A DNA stretch of 64,000 nt, taken from Candidatus Woesearchaeota archaeon (GTDB taxonomy: Archaea > Nanobdellota > Nanobdellia > Woesearchaeales > JAHWHD01). Below, piece by piece: positions 17,737-28,009 of this stretch. The position numbers and the translations under genes were made by a program. The notes beneath the pieces were generated by a model, which did not search any database, was not told where the DNA came from, and was given only the letters and a program-made list of their open reading frames with translations. The stretch covers positions 11,375 to 75,374 of the forward strand of contig JAHWHG010000015.1 in NCBI GenBank assembly GCA_019323515.1, in the 5' to 3' direction. Numbering within the stretch: position 1 is the stretch's first letter; each line of letters begins with the position of its first letter.

Positions 17737-20700
17737 ATGAAAAATCTTTTTAGCCAAGACCAAAGGGGATTAAAAACTGCAATCGATAGTTTCGTTGAAG
17801 TGGCAAAAAAATCTGAGTTTAAGATAGAGCATTCAGATTTCATTCCTGTTAAAAAATTAGGAGAAGGACATTTCGGTGAAACCTATGTAATGAAGAACAG
17901 GGGAACCTCAAACATATTCCAAGTTTTTAAAATCCCAAAAGAAGTGGAGGATAAAAGCATCAATCTTGAGATGAGTGTTTATGATATGCTCATCAAAGAG
18001 CAAAATCCAGACGAGATAGGGTTCCAGAACGTAGTACGCATAATCAACAGGACCAGAGTGTATAAGGTAGGTAAAGACGAAAAACTTAGAAGACTTGACG
18101 CTATTGCAATGGAACACATCAAAGGACAGAACCTTCAGGACTACATTCAATCAAGAAGAAAATTAAGTTTATCTGAAACAATTGACAAAGCTCTACAAAT
18201 TCTACAGGGTCTCAAGTATCTCCATAATAGAGGAATCCAAAATCGCGACCTTAAACCAGACAATGTTATGGTAACCGACGATGGCGGTGTTAAACTGATT
18301 GATTTTGGTATCTCATCTGCCTCAGATCTGTGCAAGGTATCAGTAATGAACCGCGCCTATGCAGCACCAGAATACTGGATAGGTGAAGAGCACGACAATT
18401 CTGACATCTGGAACTTCGGCCATGTACTTTATGAGATGATTACAGGTAAACACATCTGCCAGGATAGGATAGGAATGTTCGAGAAATCAAATACATGGAG
18501 CAGCTACACCAGCAGGAGAAGCAAAGAATGCGCACTGCTTCAGGAAGAGTTGGATGAATCATACCAGGAACTTATAGACAAAGAATGCCAAGGGCTTGGC
18601 CATATTGTCAATAGATGCCTCAGGGTAAATCCTAAGGAAAGATACCAAAGTGTTGACGACGTCATAACAGACCTAAATAAAGAAAAAGCAAAGATAGGCT
18701 CAGCCCCAAGATGGAAGAAAGCGTTGATGGGACTTATTCTAGCTGGCTACCTGCTTGCAGACGGATTTTTTTATAGTGGGAGGTTGCCTGACATTAAAGA
18801 ATTAGAAGCAGAGAATTCACACTTATCAAATATAGTAAGAGTATTAGGCAGACCATACCAAGAACTTGAACCAAGTGAATATAAGTTTGACAGGTTTATC
18901 CATCAAGACGGTTGGAGATATGCAATTAAAACAATTAATCACACCATCCATGCAAACATAGGCAAAGGGGGAGATATGCTTAGTTTTAAGATAAAAGACC
19001 CCACTCCAAAACTTAAGAAAAAATTCTCCCTAAAACAAGGTAATGAGAGTTTTGCATATTTTTACATGGACACAGCCCTTAAATCTGGACTTAAGTACAG
19101 TCTAATATTCTCAGCCAATATACGTAATAATGGGGTAAGGTATGACAGATTAATGAGTTCAAAGAAATTTCCAAGAAATGAAGTCACAAATGCACGCTTA
19201 GTACCAGCTGAAGAAAACCTAGAAGTACTCCCAGATAGACCATTCCTATTTTTTGCTCCAGGCACAACAGAGATGCATTATCTAAGAATGTACAAAAGCA
19301 AACTATATCAAGTCATAGCTAATGATAAAGAGCCTAAACCAGTTGACTGGTACGTGAACGGGAAACTTGTTCAGGCAAAGGCAGAAAGACTATGGTACAA
19401 GTTCAAAGAGGGAAATTATTTAGTTGAAATCCAATCACCATACCCTGAAGTTAAAGCTAAATGGAAAGTGAATGCAAGCATCAAAAATAAGCCAAATGTT
19501 TATGTGAAAGATATAAGAACGTCTGCATTGTATAAGCTAACAAGATCATTCATTGGATTGAACATGAATGTAGGAAGTAGTTCATTTATTGGTTCAAGAA
19601 TTGTACCTATAATGATTGAACAAGGAGATAAAAAATTTATGGAATTCATGGACATAGGATTTGATTTAACAACAAAATCCCATAACAATCCAAGATATTT
19701 CAGGAAGAATAGAGATATAGCTGCAAGTAGATACTGCAAATTTGAGCGTCCAGGCACTCATTTAATCAAATACTTTATCGATCCATTCAACCAGATTGAA
19801 GAGAGCAATGAAGAGGATAATTGTTCCACAGCAACAATAGAAATCACAGATTCAAAACCGCAGACATATACTGACAGATTAGAAGACCATGGAAGCCTCT
19901 GCACCCTGGTAAAAGAATTTATGGAAAACTCAAGAGACTGGAAAAATAGGTCATATGGCATACAAAGGACAAACACAAATCTCTCAGACAAACCAGCATA
20001 CGCAATAGCAAAAGATGGCTATGTGCATTGCAAAATCACAACACCTAAAAAGACCCATCTATTCAAATTTCGTGATCCTGCTCCTGGTTTGGAAAAGAGA
20101 ATTATGTTGGAACAAACAAAAGACAGGACAAATATTTACATCGCTGGTAGGACACATAAAGGACTCAGATATATGGTAGTAGTCAACCGAAGACCGGGGA
20201 TAGGAAATATTCTTATTGGCAAACCATTCAAACCAATTCCAGTAAAATTAGAGGGATATAAATCAGAGATCATTGCACCCAAAAATAAATTAATAGAAAT
20301 ATGCATGCCTGATACAAGAGTCATAAGTGCAAGAAATTTTGGACAAGAATGGATGGGTATTCACAAAACAAAACCCAAAGGATATTTTCAAGATTGGGCT
20401 GATTCATATAAGATATGCGAGATTGTTGAGCACGCTCATGAACCCATCGCCTGGTCAATAAACAATCAACCTATAAGACATACTGGGACGATTCTTTCTA
20501 AAAAGTTTGAACCAGAAAGTTACTTAGTAAAAGGAACACTACCCTCTGGATTAAGTGCAGAATGGAGGATAAAGGTCGATCCAGGTCTCAAACCAAATCT
20601 AAATATAAACAAAGGCCACAAAGAATTAACTTTCCTCTGTCCCGTTAATACCAAACCAAAGACAGATTTGCTTCTAAAACAAGACACATTCAAGAGATAT

Positions 20701-20976
20701 AGAGGGCCATTAGTAATAGAATATCAGTGCGGCAGTGATATAGAGAGAGAAACAATTTCACTTGAAAACATGTTTAAGACATACATCGGCAAATACTGTG
20801 AATCTTATCTAAAAGACCAATATCTGCATACAGAAATAAACTACAAATTCAAAAGCCCTGGCAGGAAAAAACTAACTATCAGGATAGACCCTGACAACCT
20901 TATCCCAGAAGAGAACGAAAACGACAACGAAATCACACTTGACTTTATCGTAGATCCTGTCAGCGAGGATAAGTAA
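17737..20976 (+). CDS. membrane Ser/Thr protein kinase with a large duplicated extracytoplasmic region
   Basis: Hanks kinase motifs (GEGHFGETY, NRDLKPDNVMV, DFGIS, APE), one TM segment (ALMGLILAGYLLADGFFY), then two homologous modules of about 350 aa, each ending in a CARDB-like motif (IDPFNQIEESNEEDN / IDPDNLIPEENENDN). Confidence 0.85.
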   Translation: MKNLFSQDQRGLKTAIDSFVEVAKKSEFKIEHSDFIPVKKLGEGHFGETYVMKNRGTSNIFQVFKIPKEVEDKSINLEMSVYDMLIKEQNPDEIGFQNVVRIINRTRVYKVGKDEKLRRLDAIAMEHIKGQNLQDYIQSRRKLSLSETIDKALQILQGLKYLHNRGIQNRDLKPDNVMVTDDGGVKLIDFGISSASDLCKVSVMNRAYAAPEYWIGEEHDNSDIWNFGHVLYEMITGKHICQDRIGMFEKSNTWSSYTSRRSKECALLQEELDESYQELIDKECQGLGHIVNRCLRVNPKERYQSVDDVITDLNKEKAKIGSAPRWKKALMGLILAGYLLADGFFYSGRLPDIKELEAENSHLSNIVRVLGRPYQELEPSEYKFDRFIHQDGWRYAIKTINHTIHANIGKGGDMLSFKIKDPTPKLKKKFSLKQGNESFAYFYMDTALKSGLKYSLIFSANIRNNGVRYDRLMSSKKFPRNEVTNARLVPAEENLEVLPDRPFLFFAPGTTEMHYLRMYKSKLYQVIANDKEPKPVDWYVNGKLVQAKAERLWYKFKEGNYLVEIQSPYPEVKAKWKVNASIKNKPNVYVKDIRTSALYKLTRSFIGLNMNVGSSSFIGSRIVPIMIEQGDKKFMEFMDIGFDLTTKSHNNPRYFRKNRDIAASRYCKFERPGTHLIKYFIDPFNQIEESNEEDNCSTATIEITDSKPQTYTDRLEDHGSLCTLVKEFMENSRDWKNRSYGIQRTNTNLSDKPAYAIAKDGYVHCKITTPKKTHLFKFRDPAPGLEKRIMLEQTKDRTNIYIAGRTHKGLRYMVVVNRRPGIGNILIGKPFKPIPVKLEGYKSEIIAPKNKLIEICMPDTRVISARNFGQEWMGIHKTKPKGYFQDWADSYKICEIVEHAHEPIAWSINNQPIRHTGTILSKKFEPESYLVKGTLPSGLSAEWRIKVDPGLKPNLNINKGHKELTFLCPVNTKPKTDLLLKQDTFKRYRGPLVIEYQCGSDIERETISLENMFKTYIGKYCESYLKDQYLHTEINYKFKSPGRKKLTIRIDPDNLIPEENENDNEITLDFIVDPVSEDK

Positions 20977-21029
20977 GCATAACTCCAAGAAGTATAATTA
21001 AAAAAAGTATAATATAAGAACATAATATA

Positions 21030-21914
21030 TTACATCACCAGACATTCTTCACCCATATGATGAACAGGGTAGAATAGGCATATAAGATAGGATTTAACCT
21101 CATCATTCATTGCTTTGCGCGCAGTGTCCATGTATTCCCTTTCAAGCTTCTTTATATTATTAATAAGCATAATATTCTTTGTCTTGAACATCTTATGGTT
21201 CATACGTATGATATCCTGTATAATAGACAACGCCTTTGCCGCATTCTTATCCTTAGAGAACTGCTTCTGGTCAGTATATTTTATTAGGTCTCTCACAATA
21301 TCAGAGATGACCTCAAGATACTGTACAGTCACATACACAGAAGTTGAAAGACCTTTATCTTTATACCCATGGACATTAATCAGCCTTCTGCAGAAGAAAT
21401 CAAGTTTATTGAGTAAGGTTTCGTATTTCAACAATGAATGAAAATTATCAAACTTACCAATCTGAAAATCCTTCTCAAGATCATTCAGGACAGCAAGAAC
21501 ACCATTAAAAGCCCTTTCAAAGGTTTCATCAAACTTATCTGGATCAATCTTTGCAATGTTACGCAGTATCAAGAACTCAGGTGTTTGCTCTACCAGATCA
21601 AAACCAGTAAGGAAATACGCTGTGTTCTCGATCAGGTCAATCACATTAGGGTTTGTATATAATATTTTAACCTCATCATACCCTCTTATGTAAGGGATCG
21701 CAAAAACCCTTCTTGCAATATCTTTAACATTCCTTAGATCAATAACAACCTTCTTCCCAGTATATTTCACAGATTGCGTTGAGATAAGAAGCTCTGAGCC
21801 GTTCATATCCAGAAAAAGTTCATCACCCTTCTCTACTTTATTTTCCTCAACCCACTTGCTTGGAAGGCTTACAGTAAGCGTGTTTATCCCTACTTTATTG
21901 ACTTTTCTTCTCAT
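21030..21914 (-). CDS. AbrB/SpoVT-domain protein with a PhoU-like helical C-terminal region
   Basis: N-terminus VGINTLTVSLPSKWVEENKVEKGDELFL is an AbrB/MazE/SpoVT swapped hairpin. The architecture resembles archaeal PhoU-type regulators; the C-terminal assignment is tentative. Confidence 0.6.
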   Translation of the reverse strand: MRRKVNKVGINTLTVSLPSKWVEENKVEKGDELFLDMNGSELLISTQSVKYTGKKVVIDLRNVKDIARRVFAIPYIRGYDEVKILYTNPNVIDLIENTAYFLTGFDLVEQTPEFLILRNIAKIDPDKFDETFERAFNGVLAVLNDLEKDFQIGKFDNFHSLLKYETLLNKLDFFCRRLINVHGYKDKGLSTSVYVTVQYLEVISDIVRDLIKYTDQKQFSKDKNAAKALSIIQDIIRMNHKMFKTKNIMLINNIKKLEREYMDTARKAMNDEVKSYLICLFYPVHHMGEECLVM

Positions 21915-22171
21915 ATTTTAGTAAATATTTCAACTGATATAAATACTTTTCGATAAATAAATACATAATTACATATAATAATTATAATTGCTAAAAATAT
22001 ATATATTTCTTTCACTATATTAGTAATATGTTCAAGACAAATCGCAAAACTTCCAAAATAGGTGGTAAATGTTGGAAAAGTACTGTGCTTTTATACGATT
22101 ACCAACAAAGATTCTCAATTGAGAACCTGATACAATACACAAAACAACCAAGATATGGAGGTATGTAAAAA

Positions 22172-22339
22172 ATGAGCAGATCAAGTATTGGTGCAATGTT
22201 AGCGTTTTTAGGTTTTGGAGGACTTATCTTACCACAGTTCGGCCTGCAGTTCAGGGTCTTAAGCCTATTCGGAGATCCAATAGTCCCTGCATTCATAGCA
22301 CTAGCGTTAGGAATACTTTTGGTGGTGAGTGACATATGA
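22172..22339 (+). CDS. 55-aa two-TM small membrane protein
   Basis: GGAGGT lies 7 nt upstream. Product MSRSSIGAMLAFLGFGGLILPQFGLQFRVLSLFGDPIVPAFIALALGILLVVSDI. ATGA overlap with the next gene. Not in the track. Confidence 0.45.
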   Translation: MSRSSIGAMLAFLGFGGLILPQFGLQFRVLSLFGDPIVPAFIALALGILLVVSDI

Positions 22340-22581
22340 TAATCTGGGGGACTAAGACAAAAACAAAGCACCTGGGCAATGTTAAGAGAAGATGTAGTGA
22401 ATGCAAGTCTGAAACATTTCACAGCTTTGTAAAGGCTCAGAAATATTTTACTTTATACTTCATCCCTCTGTTCCCGATTAACACAAAAGTGCTTATGCAC
22501 TGCAATGGATGCGGCGCTGCATGGGAACTCAAAAAGGAGTTAAAGGACCAGCTCCTTAAAAAAATAGAATATGGAGGTTAA
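22336..22581 (+). CDS. zinc-ribbon membrane-associated small protein
   Basis: CSECKS ... CNGCGA Cys pairs flank a hydrophobic segment. Confidence 0.55.
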   Translation: MIIWGTKTKTKHLGNVKRRCSECKSETFHSFVKAQKYFTLYFIPLFPINTKVLMHCNGCGAAWELKKELKDQLLKKIEYGG

Positions 22582-22587
22582 ATAAAC

Positions 22588-23049
22588 ATGAACAAAAAAG
22601 ATTTAAAGATTTTAGCATGTTTAAGGCAGAATGCAAGGATGCCGCTCACAAAGATGAGCAGGACCACCCAGATTCCAGTCTCGACAATCTTCGGAAGATT
22701 AAAGGAGAATGAAAGCAAGTTCATTGTTAAGCACACGTCTCTTGTGGACTTTTCAAAGCTAGGCTATGATACAAGGGCAAACATAGCTTTCAAGGTCGCC
22801 AGGGATGATAAGCAGGCGCTTAAAGAATATCTTATGAAACACCATTCCATTAACTCAGCTTACAAGATAAACAACGGCTTTGACTTTATGATTGAAGGGA
22901 TCTTTAAAGGGATACTTGACATGGAAAACTTCATTGAACATGTGGAAGAGAAATTTAAAATACTTGAGAAGAAGTCATACTTTATTATAGAGGACCTGAA
23001 AAAAGAGGCGTTCATGAGCAGTCTAAATATATTGAAGATAGGTGAATAA
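22588..23049 (+). CDS. Lrp/AsnC family transcriptional regulator
   Basis: HTH DLKILACLRQNARMPLTKMSRTTQIPVSTIFGRLKENE plus a RAM-like C-terminal domain. Confidence 0.8.
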   Translation: MNKKDLKILACLRQNARMPLTKMSRTTQIPVSTIFGRLKENESKFIVKHTSLVDFSKLGYDTRANIAFKVARDDKQALKEYLMKHHSINSAYKINNGFDFMIEGIFKGILDMENFIEHVEEKFKILEKKSYFIIEDLKKEAFMSSLNILKIGE

Positions 23050-23051
23050 TA

Positions 23052-23675
23052 ATGAAAAAGGCAATTGCATTTATTATAGTGGTTTTGATTATAATAGGAG
23101 GAGTAATAGGCTTCATGATATATGATGCAGTCAAAGCAGAACAATCAAGACAAGAATATCAACAAAAACAACAACAGCTAAAACTGGATATGCAACCTTA
23201 TATAGACAGCGCTGTAGAGAACTGCTCGCTAGTTGAAGACAGCTATGATCAAGCACTTTGTTTAGCACACTCTGCTTCAAAGTTCATGATTGAGAACGAC
23301 ACAGACTTCACCGAAGAGATATGCAATAATACAGAGGAAGATGAAGCATGCTTATTCTTCGCAGCCAAGTTAGCTCACGACCAAGGGCCATGCTGGGACA
23401 CAGATTTAAGGGTAGGCTGCCAGCTACTGATGGACGATGCAATCTGCGATTATGTAGAAAATAAGGTTGACTGCCTGCACACTAGGGCCCTCCTTTATTC
23501 GTTCTATGATTCAAAGTCTGCAGAGATCATATGCAAGAGAGTTGTAGAGGCTGGAGGCAGCTGCGATGACATCGAGATCAGTAAATCAGTTGACGAACTA
23601 CCACAAGATGACAGGCTTCTCACACTTTATATCGCGCTTAAACTTGGGGATATAAGACTTGAAAGGATACGATAG
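23052..23675 (+). CDS. N-terminally anchored Cys-rich extracytoplasmic protein
   Basis: TM anchor AFIIVVLIIIGGVIGFMIY followed by a domain with about 12 Cys. No family recognised. Confidence 0.55.
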   Translation: MKKAIAFIIVVLIIIGGVIGFMIYDAVKAEQSRQEYQQKQQQLKLDMQPYIDSAVENCSLVEDSYDQALCLAHSASKFMIENDTDFTEEICNNTEEDEACLFFAAKLAHDQGPCWDTDLRVGCQLLMDDAICDYVENKVDCLHTRALLYSFYDSKSAEIICKRVVEAGGSCDDIEISKSVDELPQDDRLLTLYIALKLGDIRLERIR

Positions 23676-23754
23676 GATTCCTCGTGAAGTGGGAAGATTT
23701 TCAAGATTTAATGATAAAACTATATAAACTTTAATTACTTATTTTTCCATTAAA

Positions 23755-24186
23755 ATGGACTACAAAATCACAAGGACTGAACTCTTGCTGCTTAGGTTTC
23801 TGAGAATGGACAGCAGAAAAAGCCTTGCATCGATAAGCAAGGAAACAAGTATCCCAATCTCAACATTATTTGAAGGCCTTAAAAGGTTAAAGAAAAAGGT
23901 TAAGCTAAGGCACACCTCGCTCCTTAACTATCAGAGGCTTGGTTATAATATCAGGATTAATTTCATTCTTCAGTCAAGGGACAAGAGGCTTAAGGAATTT
24001 CTTATGCAGAACCAGAATGTCAACACATTATCCTCAATGATGTCAAGTTACTATGCAGAATGTGTTTTCAGGAACTTCAAGGAAGTGATTGCATTCAAGG
24101 AAAAGCTTGAGGAATTCTGCTCAGACACTAGCGAGATCATGATAATTGACGAATTAAAAAGAGAAGAGTTTATTCCTTTTTCTTGA
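23755..24186 (+). CDS. Lrp/AsnC-like transcriptional regulator (paralog of 22588..23049)
   Basis: LLLLRFLRMDSRKSLASISKETSIPISTLFEGLKRL and SLLNYQRLGYNIRINF parallel the upstream Lrp. Confidence 0.7.
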   Translation: MDYKITRTELLLLRFLRMDSRKSLASISKETSIPISTLFEGLKRLKKKVKLRHTSLLNYQRLGYNIRINFILQSRDKRLKEFLMQNQNVNTLSSMMSSYYAECVFRNFKEVIAFKEKLEEFCSDTSEIMIIDELKREEFIPFS

Positions 24187-24198
24187 GTTATAATATTT

Positions 24199-25317
24199 TC
24201 AAATAAACCCCAAAAACAACAACATAATAAAAAGCACATACATCACAAGTAGAGCAATTCCCTCGCTTCTCTTGATGCTCCAGTAACTTTTTATGAAGAC
24301 AAGTAACATTACACTGAACAACAGCATCACAGGTGCAGTGAATATTACTGTCTGCCTTATCACACTCAACGGGTTTATCAAACCTGATACACCGATTATA
24401 AGCAGGATGTTTGCAATGTTTGAACCGATGATTCCGCCAACTGCAACATTCCCATAACCCTTTTTTGCAGCGGATAATGCTACAGAAAGCTCTGGAAGTG
24501 AAGTTCCTATGGCAATCACGCTTATCGCGATAAAGGACTCAGGTATGCTAAGCAGCTGCGCAAAGAACACCGCTTCTTTAACAACAAACTCAGCGCCAAA
24601 GACAATAGCGACCATGCTTACTAAAGCGATTAGCAGATCTTTTGCAATCCCAACCTTAAACAAGCTCTTGATTTCTTTCTTCTCTTCAGGGCTTACCTTA
24701 ATTTCTGCCTTCTTCCTCGCATCCTTCTTTTTCTTGGCAGCTTTATTGTTCTTCCGGCTGTTCAGACCTTCAATAATCTGACTTCTGATAGTCATTATAT
24801 AACCAAACTTGAAGAAATACTTAAGAAAATCAGGGAAACGGTATTCACTCCTTAGCTCAGGTTTCATATGCAGAAGGAAAACAACATAAGCAACATAGAC
24901 TATCAGCAGGAACAATGCCTCGATCCATGACAGGAGACCATTATAGATAAAAACATAAAAGAGCAATGTAACAAATATCATGATATACCCATCACGTTTC
25001 AGCATGACTTCTTTTGTCCTTAAAGTCCTGACTGTAGCAGCCACTCCTATGATAAGACCAATGTTTGCTATGTTAGAACCAACCACGTTTCCTATCACAA
25101 TGCCAGGATGATTCTGGATTGCAGCTACTATTGAAGATGCCAGCTCAGGTATTGAAGTCCCAAGCGCAACAAAAGTCAGACCGATTACAAAACCTGAAAC
25201 ACCTAACTTCTTAGCAACACTCACAGTTGACTTAACAAAATACTCAGCACCCATTACTAAAAAGAACAATCCTGCGACAAAGATAAGTAGTTCTATCATT
25301 TTACCATATCCAACCAA
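24199..25317 (-). CDS. Ca2+/cation antiporter (CaCA, YrbG-like)
   Basis: Two alpha-repeats: GTSIPELASS...GNVVGSNIANIGLIIG and GTSLPELSVA...GGIIGSNIANILLIIG. Confidence 0.9.
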   Translation of the reverse strand: MVGYGKMIELLIFVAGLFFLVMGAEYFVKSTVSVAKKLGVSGFVIGLTFVALGTSIPELASSIVAAIQNHPGIVIGNVVGSNIANIGLIIGVAATVRTLRTKEVMLKRDGYIMIFVTLLFYVFIYNGLLSWIEALFLLIVYVAYVVFLLHMKPELRSEYRFPDFLKYFFKFGYIMTIRSQIIEGLNSRKNNKAAKKKKDARKKAEIKVSPEEKKEIKSLFKVGIAKDLLIALVSMVAIVFGAEFVVKEAVFFAQLLSIPESFIAISVIAIGTSLPELSVALSAAKKGYGNVAVGGIIGSNIANILLIIGVSGLINPLSVIRQTVIFTAPVMLLFSVMLLVFIKSYWSIKRSEGIALLVMYVLFIMLLFLGFI

Positions 25318-25318
25318 A

Positions 25319-25759
25319 CTACCTCAACACATCAGCTATTGCAGCGCTCATGCATGAAGGGAATGTAACAATTACAGTCCTCTTGAAAGCAAGTACCCAA
25401 TTAGTTGACCACGGAGCTCTCTGTATCAAAACAAGCAGCATCGTAACAACAAAAAAAGAAGTTACATAAGTAAAGAACACCCTTTTGAAGAACTCTCCCA
25501 AGTGATTTTTCATCTGATTACGATAATAAGTATAATAAACAAAGATTGAAATAAAGATCAAAGAGACTAAAAAGAAACCTAGGATATTCAAAAATGGAAG
25601 ATTATCACCTAAATGCCAGGTCTCCTCAGTGAAACCTACAGGAATTGCAAGTATTGCTGCTCCTATCATCACCTGAACAAAATCTTTAGGATGAAAAACA
25701 GGAGAATGCAGTAGCTCATGCACACCTCTTTTTTTAGCCATATTTGTATAAGTAAACAA
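25319..25759 (-). CDS. integral membrane protein (4 TM), family uncertain
   Basis: Hydrophobic profile. Sits 1 nt downstream of the antiporter gene on the same strand. Confidence 0.55.
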   Translation of the reverse strand: MFTYTNMAKKRGVHELLHSPVFHPKDFVQVMIGAAILAIPVGFTEETWHLGDNLPFLNILGFFLVSLIFISIFVYYTYYRNQMKNHLGEFFKRVFFTYVTSFFVVTMLLVLIQRAPWSTNWVLAFKRTVIVTFPSCMSAAIADVLR

Positions 25760-25945
25760 AGACTTATTTAAAAGTGTTTTGAAATGTATAATGTAAAACT
25801 ATGATTTTAAATGTATCCAGAAGTGCAAACATTTATAAATAACCCACAAATCTGTTCAAATATGCAATGTGGGCACTGGCTTGCCTGAAGCTGAACCTTT
25901 TGATTAAGTAATATTAAAAGGGAAAACAACAATGGAGGCTTAAAT

Positions 25946-26530
25946 ATGACTGTTTATAAATATATTAGGGAACTTTGGAAAAAACCAAAGCAAAGTATGC
26001 CAGAATTATGGCGTGAAAGACTTCTTAAATGGCGAAGAGAACCTGTCACTCTTAGGATTGAAAGACCTACAAGACTTGACAGGGCCAGATCACTAGGCTA
26101 TAAGGCAAAGCCTGGCTATATTATTATAAGGCAACGTGTCCAGAGAGGCGGCCACAGAAGACCAGATATTAAAGGCGGCAGAAGGCCAAGACATAACAGG
26201 CAAAGGCTTGTTTTAAACAAAAGATACCAAAGCATCGCAGAAGAACGTGCTGTAAAGAAATATCCAAACTGTGAAGTGCTTAACAGTTACTGGGTCGCAC
26301 AGGATGGTAAATACTACTGGTTTGAGATCATACTTATTGACATAAATCACCCTGTTATAAAGAAAAGCAAGGACATAGCATGGATATCTAGTAAGAAAGC
26401 TAGAGCCCAGCGCGGCATTACTTCATCAGGGAGAAAGAGCCGTGGCCTGCTTTGTAAGGGCAAAGGAGCAGAAAAGCTAAGACCTAGCAAAGCTGCATCC
26501 TATAGGAGAAAGGTTAGCAAGCAGAGTTGA
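25946..26530 (+). CDS. rpl15e: 50S ribosomal protein eL15
   Basis: [14 protein letters not shown]...[14 protein letters not shown] is typical eL15. Confidence 0.95.
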   Translation: MTVYKYIRELWKKPKQSMPELWRERLLKWRREPVTLRIERPTRLDRARSLGYKAKPGYIIIRQRVQRGGHRRPDIKGGRRPRHNRQRLVLNKRYQSIAEERAVKKYPNCEVLNSYWVAQDGKYYWFEIILIDINHPVIKKSKDIAWISSKKARAQRGITSSGRKSRGLLCKGKGAEKLRPSKAASYRRKVSKQS

Positions 26531-26665
26531 ATAAGAAGATTTTCAATTTTTTTATTATAATCTTTTTAAAGCTTCAAGCCTTTTTAAAACAAACACCAAC
26601 CTTTATATAAGTTGATTTAATCAAGAGAAGTAAACTTTTTAAAAAAAATTTAAGGGGGTAACATA

Positions 26666-27955
26666 ATGAACCAAAACTTTGAGAACTCTAGTTCAGATGG
26701 GAACAAGAAACCATTTGACCCATTTGCAAAAGAAGATAAATCATTTGAACATAAGACAAAAGAACCAAGAGCAAGTGATTCTGCATGGATGTGGAAACTT
26801 GCAACAGGCGTCCTAGGTATTTTATTGATAGTCTCAATATTTACCCATGGGTTTAATTTTACTCCAACTGGAGGAGCAGTTGACGTTGTAGATACTGATG
26901 AAGATGGTACTGGCAATACTAGAGATGAAGCTGCTGTCGCAGCAGCTACTGAAACAGATTTGACATTCACAATCCTAAATGATCCTGAATGTGAAGACTG
27001 TGACACAACAAGAGTTACACAGGTTACTGAAGAATTATTCCCAGGGATAAAAGTCGTAGAGGTTGACTTCAGTACAGAGGATGGCAAGGAGTTGTACGAT
27101 AAATACAATGTACAATATTTACCAGCTTACTTCTTCACTTCAAATGTTGACAAAGAAACTGCATATGAACAGGTTTCAGGTGCATTGGTCAAGCTTGACG
27201 ATGCGTACATGATCAATCCTCAGGCAAGCGGTTCAACATATGACCCATACGGTGAAAAGTGTGCTAATGGTATTGATGATAATGATGATGGCCTGGTCGA
27301 TTGTGATGACCCTGACTGCAGTGAAGAACTTGCTTGTATGGAAAAGAAAGAAGTTCCTGAAGTTGAGGCATTTGTAATGAGCCATTGCCCTTACGGAACA
27401 CAGATAGAGAAAGGTTTAATCCCAGTTATAGAAGAGCTTGGCGACTCAATAGACTTTAAGCTAAGATTTGTTCACTATGCAATGCATGGAGATAAAGAAG
27501 TATATGAAGAGCTTAACCAATACTGTATCCAGAAAGAACAAGAGGACAAGCTGCTTCCTTACCTTAATTGTTTCCTTGCAGACGGCGATGGAGAAACATG
27601 CCTTGAAGAGGTTGAGATTGATATGGACATGCTTGAATCATGTGTTGAGGATGCAGATGAAGAGTTCAGCATAACCTCAAGCTTTGAAGACAAAAGCACA
27701 TGGATGGGTAACTTTCCGCCTTTTGATGTGAACAAGGACTTAGCAGAGAAGTACGGTGTACAGGGAAGCCCAACATTAGTGCTTAATGGTATGGTAGTTA
27801 GTTCCTCAAGAGATCCAGCAAGCCTGCTTAAGACAATATGTTACGGGTTTGAAGAACAACCTGACGCATGCGATGCTGAACTCTCAACAGATAACCCTGC
27901 ACCAGGGTTTGGCTTTGAAGGAACAGCTGCTGCAGCAGATGGTAGTTGCAACTAA
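26666..27955 (+). CDS. membrane-anchored thioredoxin-fold/DsbA-like protein with a D/C-rich metal-binding-type motif
   Basis: Cytoplasmic tail, TM (WMWKLATGVLGILLIVSIF), a CEDC-containing Trx-like domain, CANGIDDNDDGLVDCDDPDC, then a DsbA-like domain (MSHCPYGTQIEKGLIPV). Confidence 0.65.
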   Translation: MNQNFENSSSDGNKKPFDPFAKEDKSFEHKTKEPRASDSAWMWKLATGVLGILLIVSIFTHGFNFTPTGGAVDVVDTDEDGTGNTRDEAAVAAATETDLTFTILNDPECEDCDTTRVTQVTEELFPGIKVVEVDFSTEDGKELYDKYNVQYLPAYFFTSNVDKETAYEQVSGALVKLDDAYMINPQASGSTYDPYGEKCANGIDDNDDGLVDCDDPDCSEELACMEKKEVPEVEAFVMSHCPYGTQIEKGLIPVIEELGDSIDFKLRFVHYAMHGDKEVYEELNQYCIQKEQEDKLLPYLNCFLADGDGETCLEEVEIDMDMLESCVEDADEEFSITSSFEDKSTWMGNFPPFDVNKDLAEKYGVQGSPTLVLNGMVVSSSRDPASLLKTICYGFEEQPDACDAELSTDNPAPGFGFEGTAAAADGSCN

Positions 27956-28009
27956 ACCTTTATTTTTTTATTAACTTTTTATATTACAAAGAATATTCGG
28001 AGGGAAAAG

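Noticed and set aside
22099-22422. 107-aa minus ORF
   Set aside because: It has no SD or promoter. The opposite strand has an SD-led 55-aa membrane ORF that overlaps the next gene by ATGA.
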